Of a stretch of DNA of 64,000 nt, positions 35,161 to 44,361 are shown piece by piece. Under the pieces are notes generated by a model. It saw only the letters and a program-made list of their open reading frames with translations, was not told where the DNA came from and did not search any database. Source of the DNA: a virus (Duplodnaviria; Heunggongvirae; Uroviricota; Caudoviricetes); the IMG/VR virus record IMGVR_UViG_3300027777_000022; one strand, written 5' to 3'. The position numbers and the translations under genes are program-made. Numbering within the stretch: the stretch's first letter is position 1; each line of letters begins with the position of its first letter.

Positions 35161-35398
35161 TTTTTAACCCAGATGTTTTTGCATCATGCAATTCACCATA
35201 TCCAAATTCCAACTGAATCCATTGACGATCTAACTCATCGCTCCAGTCTCGGTCTCCGGTGTAGTAAGCACGTTCCTTGACCTCATCCAACACAGCCTCA
35301 ACAACCAACTTGGCAAACTTTTCTAGTGTTTCGCCGCCAACCATGGGATAGTGACTGCCGCCTGCTTGCAATGCAATTTCGTAAATTCGTTTGTTCAT
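35147..35398 (-). CDS. small protein, third member of paralog family
   Basis: LEKFAKLVVEAVLDEV parallels FAELIVRECIDKA. Confidence 0.35.
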   Translation of the reverse strand: MNKRIYEIALQAGGSHYPMVGGETLEKFAKLVVEAVLDEVKERAYYTGDRDWSDELDRQWIQLEFGYGELHDAKTSGLKNERG

Positions 35399-35757
35399 TA
35401 TTTGTTCTTGGTTAGATCTTTGAGATTGAGCACTTCTTCTTTCAGCTTTTTGTTCTCGCGCTTGAGATTTCTATTCTCGTGCTGCGCCCAGCCTTCTTTT
35501 TCATGTGCTTTGCGCAAGGCCAACAACTCGTCGGCTTCAATGATTCGCAGGTCCTTGTCGGGAAAGATCATCAATTTACCATTGTCCCAATCAAATCCTG
35601 ATTGCATGTTCTTGATATTGACACAGGGCGTACCACCAGCGGATCCTGCAGTCTTTACCACAACAACAACATTAACTCCTTCGGGAGTAGGATAGTTGTG
35701 ACGCAATTGACTTTCGTATAGCCAATCAACTTGTTCTTTAAGTTCTTTAAGATTCAT
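35398..35757 (-). CDS. hypothetical protein (119 aa)
   Basis: ORF in operon context. Confidence 0.4.
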   Translation of the reverse strand: MNLKELKEQVDWLYESQLRHNYPTPEGVNVVVVVKTAGSAGGTPCVNIKNMQSGFDWDNGKLMIFPDKDLRIIEADELLALRKAHEKEGWAQHENRNLKRENKKLKEEVLNLKDLTKNK

Positions 35758-35956
35758 TTTGTTTTTGCTCTTTCATAATCACAATAATTTATGTTTGCTT
35801 TTGCAACAGTGCCAAAAACTCGTCCATTCGAGCCAATTGCATGTGATGCAGATACATGTACAGTCGAGTCTCTACAGGCCAGGAACCAAATGCACTTACC
35901 ACCCAGCCCGGTACTGTTTCTTCCAGTTGTGCAACATATTCTTCAACGCTCACGAT

Positions 35957-36298
35957 TTACTCCTTGTGCCAATTGCCTTGCAAACAATGCAAGAACTCAT
36001 GCCCGGCCATACGCATGTCCACTTTCTCGGGCAGGATCATGGTACAACGATCCTGTTGATACCATGTGCATGCCAGTGCCCCTTTGGGAAATCCATTGAA
36101 TCCAAACTTGCGACTTTGCGCATCACAAGCAGCTTGGATCTCCGAAGCCTTGACATAACTTATGTCCAACTGTGTTCGGTTGGTGAGATTCTGCCGCATG
36201 TCAAACACACGGCCAGGCGAGTTATCAAAATTCCATTGTGCATGCACCGTGCTTGCAAGCAAAGTTATTGCAACAGATAAAGCAATATTTTTCAACAT
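35957..36298 (-). CDS. small secreted protein with HExxH zinc-metallopeptidase-like motif
   Basis: N-terminal signal peptide (MLKNIALSVAITLLASTVHA) and HEFLHCLQGNWH. Confidence 0.35.
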   Translation of the reverse strand: MLKNIALSVAITLLASTVHAQWNFDNSPGRVFDMRQNLTNRTQLDISYVKASEIQAACDAQSRKFGFNGFPKGALACTWYQQDRCTMILPEKVDMRMAGHEFLHCLQGNWHKE

Positions 36299-36301
36299 AA
36301 A

Positions 36302-37324
36302 TTATTTTTCTCCCAGCAGATACCGGTTAGAGATAGCCTTGAAAGTCATTCCACCACCCACTTGCTTGAACACAATACCTTCACGTTCTGGTCCAGTGAT
36401 ATCACCCATGACAGATTTGCCTTCGGCAAACTGTAGAATTTCTTCAACAGCGCCTGTGCCAAGATTCCTGTCAGTGTGCAGCACAGGAACATGCAGCAGT
36501 CCCATCTTCTCAACAAGAGCTCGACGGAATGCAGGAGAGATGTACCCGCCGCCAAACACGTCGTACACATCAAACACACAAAACTCTGGCTGGGTCAACC
36601 GGTAGATATTGCCTTGAATGCCGGGGCCGATCAGTTCACCTTGGATAGCAACATCCTTGTCACCAAACAGATTGCGGATCTTGTCTTCGATGTTGTCACG
36701 ACGTGCAACAGACCAGAATGTGTTACCTTCGGTTTCCTTAAGGTCCAGGTTGCGAGAGCAAACACCAAACTCACCATCGATCAAGTACACAGTCATTGAA
36801 GAGCCTTCCAGCTTTTCAGTAACTTCAAACTCAGCGCCTGTTTCAGCGGCAGCACGGATTTCCGCAACAAGATTCTGAGCACGTTCCTGGTCAGTCTTGG
36901 GAATCTCAGAAGGGAAGTTACCCTTGGCCAGGCCAGCCAACTGTGCATTCATAGGCATTTCCCACTTCACAATGCCCAGCAGTTCAGACACATCTTCACC
37001 TTCAGTGAAAGAATTTGTTTGTGGAATAACATCATCAAGATTCAGCAGCAGACCTTGGCTCAGTTGGCCTCGTAGCTTTACAGTACGCAGACGTTCACCG
37101 CGGATGCCTTCAAACTCGCGAGGCTCCTTGCCCTTGCTTAGGAAAGCAGCAATCTCAGTGGGAATCCAAGAGTCAATCTCGCAATACACTGCACGGTCGC
37201 CCGTCTTGAACTCGCCCTTCTTTACCACTACCTTCCATCCACCAATGGTAGCGCACTCAATTGCATCTGCACCCTCAATGGGATTCAGCGCATCAATCAC
37301 ACGGATAGTTGCCATCTTACGCAT
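36302..37324 (-). CDS. ATP-dependent RNA ligase, Rnl5/DraRnl-like with N-terminal OB/tRNA-binding-like domain
   Basis: N-terminus IRVIDALNPIEGADAIE...VKLRGQLSQGLLL (tRNA-binding/OB-like). Nucleotidyltransferase motifs TEKLEGSS (KxxG) and EGIVFK (motif V). Confidence 0.55.
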   Translation of the reverse strand: MRKMATIRVIDALNPIEGADAIECATIGGWKVVVKKGEFKTGDRAVYCEIDSWIPTEIAAFLSKGKEPREFEGIRGERLRTVKLRGQLSQGLLLNLDDVIPQTNSFTEGEDVSELLGIVKWEMPMNAQLAGLAKGNFPSEIPKTDQERAQNLVAEIRAAAETGAEFEVTEKLEGSSMTVYLIDGEFGVCSRNLDLKETEGNTFWSVARRDNIEDKIRNLFGDKDVAIQGELIGPGIQGNIYRLTQPEFCVFDVYDVFGGGYISPAFRRALVEKMGLLHVPVLHTDRNLGTGAVEEILQFAEGKSVMGDITGPEREGIVFKQVGGGMTFKAISNRYLLGEK

Positions 37325-37335
37325 TTTGTTTCTCC

Positions 37336-37536
37336 TTACTCAATTACTCGCATTACCTTCAACCATTTGTTGAAGTCTTTTTGTTTCCACTCACCTTGCC
37401 GAAGCCAACAATAAACCTTATCAACAGGCAGATGAGCAATTTCATCTTCTGACAAACGACCAACGTGTTTGATATCTTCGGCGTAAATGCCTTTCTTGGC
37501 AATACGGCAACGAATAAGTTCTTCATGTTTGGTCAT
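37336..37536 (-). CDS. hypothetical protein (66 aa)
   Basis: ORF. Confidence 0.3.
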   Translation of the reverse strand: MTKHEELIRCRIAKKGIYAEDIKHVGRLSEDEIAHLPVDKVYCWLRQGEWKQKDFNKWLKVMRVIE

Positions 37537-37745
37537 TTGCTTTTCTTTCCAATCTGTGCCACAACATTGGCCTTGCTCGAGTGCAGTTGGTACAGGAACC
37601 TACGGTACGCTCGCAATGAGGCAATGCTCATGGGATCTTCTTTGCCTTCAAGTTCGGCAATCTTTGCTTCTAACTCTTGTTCTTTTGCACGGTGGCGCTC
37701 AATGTCTGCACTGAGCCCTTTTGCTTTGTTCCAAAAGAATTTCAT
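37533..37745 (-). CDS. hypothetical protein (70 aa)
   Basis: ORF downstream of promoter 37779-37807. Confidence 0.35.
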   Translation of the reverse strand: MKFFWNKAKGLSADIERHRAKEQELEAKIAELEGKEDPMSIASLRAYRRFLYQLHSSKANVVAQIGKKSK

Positions 37746-37778
37746 AACATTCTCCTGTTTGTTGCTGTGTATGTGTGT

Positions 37779-37807
37779 ATTATACTCGATTTGTCAATTC
37801 TGGTCAA
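37779..37807 (-). promoter_or_regulatory. sigma70 consensus promoter TTGACC-N17-TATAAT
   Basis: Spacer agaattgacaaatcgag shared with copies at 38940 and 39316. Confidence 0.55.
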
Positions 37808-37951
37808 CTGTTTTATTGGCTTGATCAACTGCTGCTTCAGCATCTCGCTTGCCTGTGGGTCCAGTATGATGCCAGGGATATCCATGCAGCACCGCAATCC
37901 ATCCAGGGCTCCGCCTACCGTAGTAAGCAGAGGCTTTGATGATGTAGTGCA

Positions 37952-38326
37952 TCACAGACCCAGCAGTTCGCGTTCAAAGTCAGTCAACTTGGCCAATGCT
38001 TCCTTCTTGGCTGCTTCACGCTCTGCTGCCTTACGACGATCCTCATCCAACTGATCCAGGTCCCACATCAGACTTTCCAAGTCTATCTGGGCCTGCATAG
38101 AGTGTACCGGAGACAATGTCCAACTGTCACGACCTTCGACCAGTAGAAACTTGTTGTCACGTACTGTGAGTGTAAAGAAGTTGGGATTCTGTGTAGCCCG
38201 CTCCAATTGTGCCATCAACAGGCCTGGAAAGGAGGCCACTTCTTCTGCCTCACGCAGGGCCATGAACTCTTCGTGCTCTGCTACCTGCTCTGCTTTTGTC
38301 TTGCGCTTTGCCATGATTAACCCCAA
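37952..38326 (-). CDS. hypothetical protein (124 aa)
   Basis: ORF. Confidence 0.4.
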   Translation of the reverse strand: MGLIMAKRKTKAEQVAEHEEFMALREAEEVASFPGLLMAQLERATQNPNFFTLTVRDNKFLLVEGRDSWTLSPVHSMQAQIDLESLMWDLDQLDEDRRKAAEREAAKKEALAKLTDFERELLGL

Positions 38327-38550
38327 TCTTTTTTGTCACCAAACTGTTCGTTGTCGTTAAAGCCTGCGGTGTATGCAGTGATTTCTGCCGCAGTCATATC
38401 CTGCATTTCCACACGAGGTGTGGTGCTTGTGGCACCCTCAAAGTAGTGCGGATTGAATCCACGGCTGTAATAGCTGTCGGCGCTGCCACGATCATAAGCA
38501 CCACCGTGACGTGTATCGTATTGTGAAGTGCGAGTGTCTGTTGCAAACAT
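38317..38550 (-). CDS. hypothetical protein (77 aa)
   Basis: ORF. Confidence 0.35.
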   Translation of the reverse strand: MFATDTRTSQYDTRHGGAYDRGSADSYYSRGFNPHYFEGATSTTPRVEMQDMTAAEITAYTAGFNDNEQFGDKKDWG

Positions 38551-38562
38551 TATGTTCTCCTA

Positions 38563-38913
38563 TTACTTGAAATAACGATAAGGAAGACCAACCAAGTAGC
38601 ACAGGAACTCGTCGTCACCGTTAGAACCTTCAGCCTCGTGGATCCAACGCAGGGCCATCTCACGGTCTTTAGCACCGCAAGCCAGGATGCTTTGCACCCG
38701 CATCTCAAACGCATGAGCGGCCTCGTGCTCAGCAATCTTACGCTGGGATTCATTGGCTTCGATAGTCAAAGCCAAATGCTCAAACTCAACCTTGAATGCA
38801 TACTCAGTCCAGTTGGATGTATCCACACCACGTGGGCGGAAGCCGTAGGCATCCTTGTGCATATCCCAGTAGATGCTGTGCAGTTCTTCTTGGCGTGTCA
38901 TTGTATCTTGCAT
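38563..38913 (-). CDS. hypothetical protein (116 aa)
   Basis: ORF downstream of promoter 38940-38968. Confidence 0.4.
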   Translation of the reverse strand: MQDTMTRQEELHSIYWDMHKDAYGFRPRGVDTSNWTEYAFKVEFEHLALTIEANESQRKIAEHEAAHAFEMRVQSILACGAKDREMALRWIHEAEGSNGDDEFLCYLVGLPYRYFK

Positions 38914-38939
38914 GGTGTGTTCCTTGTTGCGATGTATGT

Positions 38940-38968
38940 ATTATAACCGATTTGTCAATTCCGGTCAA
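38940..38968 (-). promoter_or_regulatory. sigma70 consensus promoter TTGACC-N17-TATAAT
   Basis: Minus: cggTTGACCggaattgacaaatcggtTATAATac. Confidence 0.55.
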
Positions 38969-39309
38969 CCGTTTTGCTTCACACGCACATCAGTATTCAG
39001 TGCAGGTGTGTACTGAGCAATCAGCTCGCGTTCCAATTTGTGTGCATCAGCTTTGCCACGCACAATATCCACAATCACAGCGGTGATGCTGTCAGCACCA
39101 GCGATGCGAATTGCTTCGTACAGGCGCCAAGATTTGTCCTCAGTACGCGAACGATAGATGTGCTTGTTAACACGGCTACGCAAGCTCATTGGGATTGTAC
39201 GCTGAGTCTTGGCAGTGATACCAATGTAAAACTCTGTACCGATGTGCAGAGCATACACGATATGAGTGCGATCAACACGCTTTTTACGAGTGGCTTTTGT
39301 TGCTTCCAT
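38965..39309 (-). CDS. GIY-YIG nuclease domain protein
   Basis: [17 protein letters not shown]...R...E (GIY-YIG core). Confidence 0.45.
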   Translation of the reverse strand: MEATKATRKKRVDRTHIVYALHIGTEFYIGITAKTQRTIPMSLRSRVNKHIYRSRTEDKSWRLYEAIRIAGADSITAVIVDIVRGKADAHKLERELIAQYTPALNTDVRVKQNG

Positions 39310-39315
39310 ACATGT

Positions 39316-39344
39316 ATTATAACCAATCTAGCAATTTTGGTCAA
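39316..39344 (-). promoter_or_regulatory. sigma70 consensus promoter TTGACC-N17-TATAAT
   Basis: Minus: cggTTGACCaaaattgctagattggtTATAATac. Confidence 0.55.
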
Positions 39345-39396
39345 CCGTTTTTGCCGCAAAAAGAGTGGATTTTTGTGTGGGGTTTTTACAACACTT

Positions 39397-39759
39397 TTAC
39401 TGTGTATAGTGCTCAAGAAAGCGATCCAAATCCCCGTACAAATTGGCTAAAAATGCTTCTTTGGATCCGTAGAATTTGATATTAGGATTCTTTCTATCTA
39501 GATTGAGATAATATGGATCTTGTAATCGTTGATCCAACTGCACCAGGAGTTTGGGACGTATTTGTTCTGGTTTGATATCAAAATTATAATACTCGATATT
39601 CAATCGTTGCATCACAACATAACCATGAGGACTGAGTCGCATGCCTGCGCCTTGACGACTATTACGCCACCATGTTTTCATGGCCCAATCCAGTCCGGGG
39701 CGCTGTGATTCGGGATACTGCCGAATCAGTGCTTCAGTGATGGCTTGCTTATTTCGCAT
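39397..39759 (-). CDS. hypothetical protein
   Basis: ORF trimmed to an internal Met to reduce overlap with the upstream gene. Confidence 0.35.
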   Translation of the reverse strand: MRNKQAITEALIRQYPESQRPGLDWAMKTWWRNSRQGAGMRLSPHGYVVMQRLNIEYYNFDIKPEQIRPKLLVQLDQRLQDPYYLNLDRKNPNIKFYGSKEAFLANLYGDLDRFLEHYTQ

Positions 39760-40045
39760 TGGGATATATTTTATCCCCTTGCTTGAGTAATACCACAGAA
39801 AACTTTTCAGTTCTAAACTGAACATTTAGTTTACGTGCCAGGTTGATTGCGTGTCCTGGATTTGAAAAAGATACTTTTTTGTATTTCGGACCCGGGTACT
39901 GTGTGAGCAGATTGGAAGTCTTGAGATTGATCGGCTGATTATCAAAAAACACTGCCCAGATACCTTCGCTGGCCAACACCTGTTCAGTTTTATAGCTCTG
40001 TTTGTTGGTGTTCTCAATTAACACTGATGGTTTGGGTCGGCTCAT
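39749..40045 (-). CDS. hypothetical protein (98 aa)
   Basis: ORF. Confidence 0.35.
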   Translation of the reverse strand: MSRPKPSVLIENTNKQSYKTEQVLASEGIWAVFFDNQPINLKTSNLLTQYPGPKYKKVSFSNPGHAINLARKLNVQFRTEKFSVVLLKQGDKIYPNAK

Positions 40046-40087
40046 TCATAATACTCCTACATTTATTTATCCAAAATGTAGGAGTAT

Positions 40088-40297
40088 TTAGAAGTCTTTG
40101 CCGCCCAGTTCTACCGTGATAACTTCTTGTTGTTGTGCAGCCAGCAGGCGATTTTGCAAGTCTGTCATGGTCAACAGCAGCTTGGTTATATCAGCATGCA
40201 GGTCTTTGGCATCTCGCATGGACATGATGAAGTCACGTTGAGCACGTGCCTCATGTGCCTTTACTGAATCAACAAACCGATTGATATGGATGCTCAC
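40088..40297 (-). CDS. hypothetical protein (69 aa)
   Basis: ORF. Confidence 0.3.
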   Translation of the reverse strand: MSIHINRFVDSVKAHEARAQRDFIMSMRDAKDLHADITKLLLTMTDLQNRLLAAQQQEVITVELGGKDF

Positions 40298-40755
40298 ACA
40301 AACACCTCTTCATCAAGATATCGACGCAGTTCTTTGTCTGTGGGTTCTACGGTGTAGTTGTTCTTGAAGAAGATCTCATATGAATCAGAACCATACTTGC
40401 CAATACCATACAGCCGGGCAGCGTTGTCCCCGTCCCAGTTGATATAGTCTTCAGTCATTCTACGTATGCGATTCTCTTTCACGGTGCTCATGCCCAGGCT
40501 CCAGATAATATCTCGAACCTCCAATGGGGTGCTGCGTAACAAAGCACCAGGAGTGGGCCAGCGATGCACGAACAGTGGATACACAGTTTTCACTGGTTTG
40601 CGGCCAGTTTGGTTCAGCATGATCACTGCTACCATGTGTCTCCACTTTTCTACATAAGGAATATCTTCCGACCCCAGCTGTTGCTGGACCATGAGATCAT
40701 CGCGGAGAGGTTTAATCATGTTGTTTGTGTATTTAGGAGAACTTGTTAAAGGCAC
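40294..40755 (-). CDS. HhH-GPD superfamily DNA glycosylase-like (endonuclease III-like)
   Basis: MVAVIMLNQT parallels Endo III LxAVxLSAQT; helix-hairpin-helix LYGIGKYGSDSY. Confidence 0.45.
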   Translation of the reverse strand: MPLTSSPKYTNNMIKPLRDDLMVQQQLGSEDIPYVEKWRHMVAVIMLNQTGRKPVKTVYPLFVHRWPTPGALLRSTPLEVRDIIWSLGMSTVKENRIRRMTEDYINWDGDNAARLYGIGKYGSDSYEIFFKNNYTVEPTDKELRRYLDEEVFV

Positions 40756-41119
40756 CCTTCTTTTTCAAGAAAGGTTTCAAGTTTGGTGGTTCCCAACCTT
40801 GTGGCTTGAGCACCTTGCCATCTTCACGCTTGCGCACCTTGCCGTTGGCTTCGATCTTTGCAAAGTTAGTGGCCATTACTTCTTTCCAGGCTGCTTCTCC
40901 ATCAAAGCCTGCACTATGTATAGCACCAATGGTAACAACCAAGATATCAATCAAGGCATCCAATGTTTCAACCTGATCGCCCACAGCAAGAGCTTGCATT
41001 AGCTCTGTTTTTTCTTCTTCAATCAGTTTGACATACATATCAAACTGTGCAGTATCACCAGTGACGCTTTGGTCACAGGCTTTCATAAATTTTTCTTGAT
41101 CACGGAAGAGGTTTGACAT
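40733..41119 (-). CDS. mazG: MazG-like nucleoside triphosphate pyrophosphohydrolase
   Basis: EEEKTELMQALAVGDQVETLDALIDILVVTIGAIHSAGFDGEAAWKEVMATNFAK is a MazG-type EExxE...D core. Start set at MSNLFRD; the longer ORF overlaps the upstream gene. Confidence 0.55.
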   Translation of the reverse strand: MSNLFRDQEKFMKACDQSVTGDTAQFDMYVKLIEEEKTELMQALAVGDQVETLDALIDILVVTIGAIHSAGFDGEAAWKEVMATNFAKIEANGKVRKREDGKVLKPQGWEPPNLKPFLKKKGAFNKFS

Positions 41120-41558
41120 TGGCTTCTTCTCGGGTATAAAATGGACCTTGATACGGATAACGTTCCAAGGTAATGAGTTTGGGGCTTTGTACAATGGTCC
41201 AGGTTCGACGTTGTTTGACCTGATACCATCCGGCAGCATACCACGAACGTGACTTGCGACTCTTGGTAAACAGCGGAAGTTTATGTTGAACATTCCAAAT
41301 GGGATTGTATACTCGAGCTCCTGACGGATATCCTTGCACTTGATAACTGGACGGCTGTTTGTTGGGTCGGTTACCCACCGCTGGAAATTCAATATCAACT
41401 TGTTTACGGATCATGGCCATGGTCTTGAATGGCATGACCTTGTTGTTGATCCGTACTGCAAAGCCATCTCCTGTGGCTTCGATGTTGCCGACTTTTTTAT
41501 CATCCTGCGTGAGGATGTAAAACTGATCTTTAACTATGGGTTTGGCTATGATGCTCAT
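41100..41558 (-). CDS. hypothetical protein (152 aa)
   Basis: ORF. Confidence 0.45.
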   Translation of the reverse strand: MSIIAKPIVKDQFYILTQDDKKVGNIEATGDGFAVRINNKVMPFKTMAMIRKQVDIEFPAVGNRPNKQPSSYQVQGYPSGARVYNPIWNVQHKLPLFTKSRKSRSWYAAGWYQVKQRRTWTIVQSPKLITLERYPYQGPFYTREEANVKPLP

Positions 41559-42552
41559 CTAGTGTTCCTTTATAGGTTTCGTTGAGCCAGCGAGCATATT
41601 GCTCTGCTGATTCGGATATCTTGTTGAGTTCGTACTTGCCGCAGAACTTCATGAATCTCACACCAACTTGACCAATGTCCTTGTGGCTGATCTGTTCACG
41701 TATTGCGCCATCTACTTTGGCTTTGATTGCTTCTGGCTGTGCAGTGAGATCAATCAACACACGATTGCGTTCGTAGTCGTCTTTCACACGATGCTCATCA
41801 CCATTGTGGTCAGTCCAACGTTGCAACATGAGATTGTTCCAGTTGAATCCTTTTGAGTTACGGTCTTCAAATGCTTCTTGCAAGCCAACTCGGTTCTTTG
41901 TGCCCTTGGTTCTCACACCAGGATACGCTGAAAATACATTGTCTGAAGTATCACCGCGCATGCATTTTTCAAACAACAGCCATTCAGGGTCTGGAATCTC
42001 TTTGTCTGTCTTGGTTTTTTTGTCTTGCACACGCTTGCCCTTGGCATCAAAGATGCCATTCACGGTGTGAAGTTCGTCAGTGATGCCATTGTATTGGCTA
42101 ACATTGGGCGCTAGCAGTTGCACAAAATCTGTATCTGATGAAATAATATAGTGCTCATCTTGTGGATGCAAGGCTATCCAACGAGCAATAACGTCGTCCG
42201 CTTCGGCTTCTGGGTGTCGAATAACACTACAGTTGGTACCGTCGGCCAAATATTTAGTCAGGCTATCGTAGGTTTCCCAAAATAATTTGTCCTCTTCTTG
42301 CTCTGTGTCCGATAGTGCAGCACGGGCCACAGCACGATTTTTCTTGTAAGGAGCGTAGTAGTCCTTGCGCCATGATCGACCTTCCAGTGCAAAAATCACA
42401 TGATCTGTTTGAAACTGTTTGTGTACTTTGTTCACACTGCTCATCACAATGTGTAAAGCATATCCTACTTTTTCCCACGCATCGGCAGCACGGAAAACAG
42501 AGTGACGGGCACGGAAAAAAGTGTTAGCTGTGTCAATCAGGAGATATCTCAT
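41530..42552 (-). CDS. rnh: RNase H / 5'-3' flap endonuclease (T4 rnh-like)
   Basis: YYAPYKKNRAV...EADDVIA...IISSDTDFVQL aligns by eye with T4 RNase H (YYYKKNRGK...EADDHIA...IISSDGDFTQL). Confidence 0.8.
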   Translation of the reverse strand: MRYLLIDTANTFFRARHSVFRAADAWEKVGYALHIVMSSVNKVHKQFQTDHVIFALEGRSWRKDYYAPYKKNRAVARAALSDTEQEEDKLFWETYDSLTKYLADGTNCSVIRHPEAEADDVIARWIALHPQDEHYIISSDTDFVQLLAPNVSQYNGITDELHTVNGIFDAKGKRVQDKKTKTDKEIPDPEWLLFEKCMRGDTSDNVFSAYPGVRTKGTKNRVGLQEAFEDRNSKGFNWNNLMLQRWTDHNGDEHRVKDDYERNRVLIDLTAQPEAIKAKVDGAIREQISHKDIGQVGVRFMKFCGKYELNKISESAEQYARWLNETYKGTLDEHHSQTHS

Positions 42553-43249
42553 GGGGATCCAATATATTGTTTTCTATACAGTATTGTAACACAAATTCAG
42601 CCCAAAAGCAATGAGCTTCTTTACCAAAATGCCAAGAGCCATCCTTTACTGGTTCAAAACGATCTCTCAGGATTTCATTGTAAGTGAATTCCAAATACGG
42701 TGCTATGTACGAATTGCCCCAGTCCAGTTGCTGAGCAACACGATCAAACCGGTTATTACCGTTGAAGAACACATGCGGTATCTTCATCCCAGTCAGTTCT
42801 TGATGCAGTTGCCAAATCTCTCGGTGCCAATATTGTTGACACTGATTCCAATTCACATTGACCACAAACTGCCGGTATCGATCTTGAAATTTGTTAGGAA
42901 CCCAATCCAGTCCTGAACTGCCCACCTGCAAGTATTCACCGTTGTGCAACCATTCTTCTCGCTCCCAGGTACTCCATTGTATGATTGCCACTGCCGATTC
43001 CCACGGACGCAGACTCCGCATCCAATCACGTGTGGTACGTAGGATTCTATAATTTGAAGCAGCACTTTCAGCATCACAGATTAGTTCAACCCCCAACCGG
43101 TTAGCCAACTGTTGACCCCAGCTCGCAGCTAGGTTAGCAGGATGCGGTCTGCGTCCCAGTTCTGGATAGCCATCATCTTCGGCAAATGCAGCAGGTGATA
43201 CTGCTTCTGCACCTGCTGTGTGGCTATCGCCATTTACATATAGGATCAC
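42533..43249 (-). CDS. SGNH/GDSL hydrolase
   Basis: N-terminus MILYVNGDSHTAGAE (GDSH block I). Confidence 0.5.
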   Translation of the reverse strand: MILYVNGDSHTAGAEAVSPAAFAEDDGYPELGRRPHPANLAASWGQQLANRLGVELICDAESAASNYRILRTTRDWMRSLRPWESAVAIIQWSTWEREEWLHNGEYLQVGSSGLDWVPNKFQDRYRQFVVNVNWNQCQQYWHREIWQLHQELTGMKIPHVFFNGNNRFDRVAQQLDWGNSYIAPYLEFTYNEILRDRFEPVKDGSWHFGKEAHCFWAEFVLQYCIENNILDPHEISPD

Positions 43250-43950
43250 AATGTAATTGGCCCTTGGTAAAAATCAACAGACAATTTTGACATCAGATTG
43301 TTGTACAAGTTATCAGGATCCAAACATTCTCCTGAATCTGTAAATGAACAAACTTCATTGAGTTGCCAACTACGATCATGTTCAATAAAGTTATTCATAT
43401 GTTCAAATTTGATAATCTCAGCAGCGATACTACAACCATGATTTAATGCTATTGGTTGAAAATTAGCTTGATTTGTTGTCTGTATTGCTTTGATGAGTCT
43501 GTTGGATGGAGATTTTTTATTAACTTGAAAATACAAGTTGCACATAAACTCTGTGTCAAATGTCTGCTCAAAGTCTATATGATAATCATACCAGTCGTTG
43601 ACTGTTACAGCAGCATCGGGTGCCCAGTGAAAATTAAATGCATAGTACATTTTTTCAATGATTTTACGATCACTCACGTGGCAATTTTGGAATTTTTCTT
43701 TTTGTCTCTTCAATACATTTTTTTGAAAAAACAAGAAAAAATGTCGATCTAACATAGCAAAAGTTGTATGGATACATATTTTAGTGTTTGAAAACAATGA
43801 TAAGATCTGTGGATCAAATGTATGTAATTTACGGAAATCTTGCTGAACCAAATCTCCTACATCAAACAAATTATCTAATAATTTATCGTGCAAGACTGCG
43901 GCCACAAATCCTAGTCTGGATCCAGGATGTCCGTGTATAAGGAGATTCAC
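43246..43950 (-). CDS. hypothetical protein (234 aa)
   Basis: ORF. Confidence 0.45.
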   Translation of the reverse strand: MNLLIHGHPGSRLGFVAAVLHDKLLDNLFDVGDLVQQDFRKLHTFDPQILSLFSNTKICIHTTFAMLDRHFFLFFQKNVLKRQKEKFQNCHVSDRKIIEKMYYAFNFHWAPDAAVTVNDWYDYHIDFEQTFDTEFMCNLYFQVNKKSPSNRLIKAIQTTNQANFQPIALNHGCSIAAEIIKFEHMNNFIEHDRSWQLNEVCSFTDSGECLDPDNLYNNLMSKLSVDFYQGPITL

Positions 43951-44360
43951 GATACTTCAGTGCGGCCGTCACCAATGTCTGTGCTACGTACCCACACGCC
44001 GCTCTTGCTGATGGCTTCTTCTTGTTCCCAGGTTTCCATTACCACATGTCGGCATACATTTTGGAACCAACGGTCCACAATCTCTGCGTCAGTGTCGTCC
44101 TTCTTGATCATGTATCCAGCTTTGACCAGACGTGCCACGAAGATCTCATTCCAGTCCAATTCAAATGCACCTTGATGCAGGTTGTCTAGATCCACATCCA
44201 TACTGAGAATGTTCACGTAAGGCAAGTTATTTTCAGTGGCCTGTTGTTTGGCCGACTTGGGTTCTTCTTTAGGTGGCCGAACTCGGGGCTCTTTGGGCTC
44301 GGGCAATTTGGGTTCTACAACGGGTGCGATTTTCTTTCGAAACATATCAAAAAATGCCAT
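43947..44360 (-). CDS. hypothetical protein (137 aa)
   Basis: ORF. Confidence 0.45.
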   Translation of the reverse strand: MAFFDMFRKKIAPVVEPKLPEPKEPRVRPPKEEPKSAKQQATENNLPYVNILSMDVDLDNLHQGAFELDWNEIFVARLVKAGYMIKKDDTDAEIVDRWFQNVCRHVVMETWEQEEAISKSGVWVRSTDIGDGRTEVS

Positions 44361-44361
44361 A

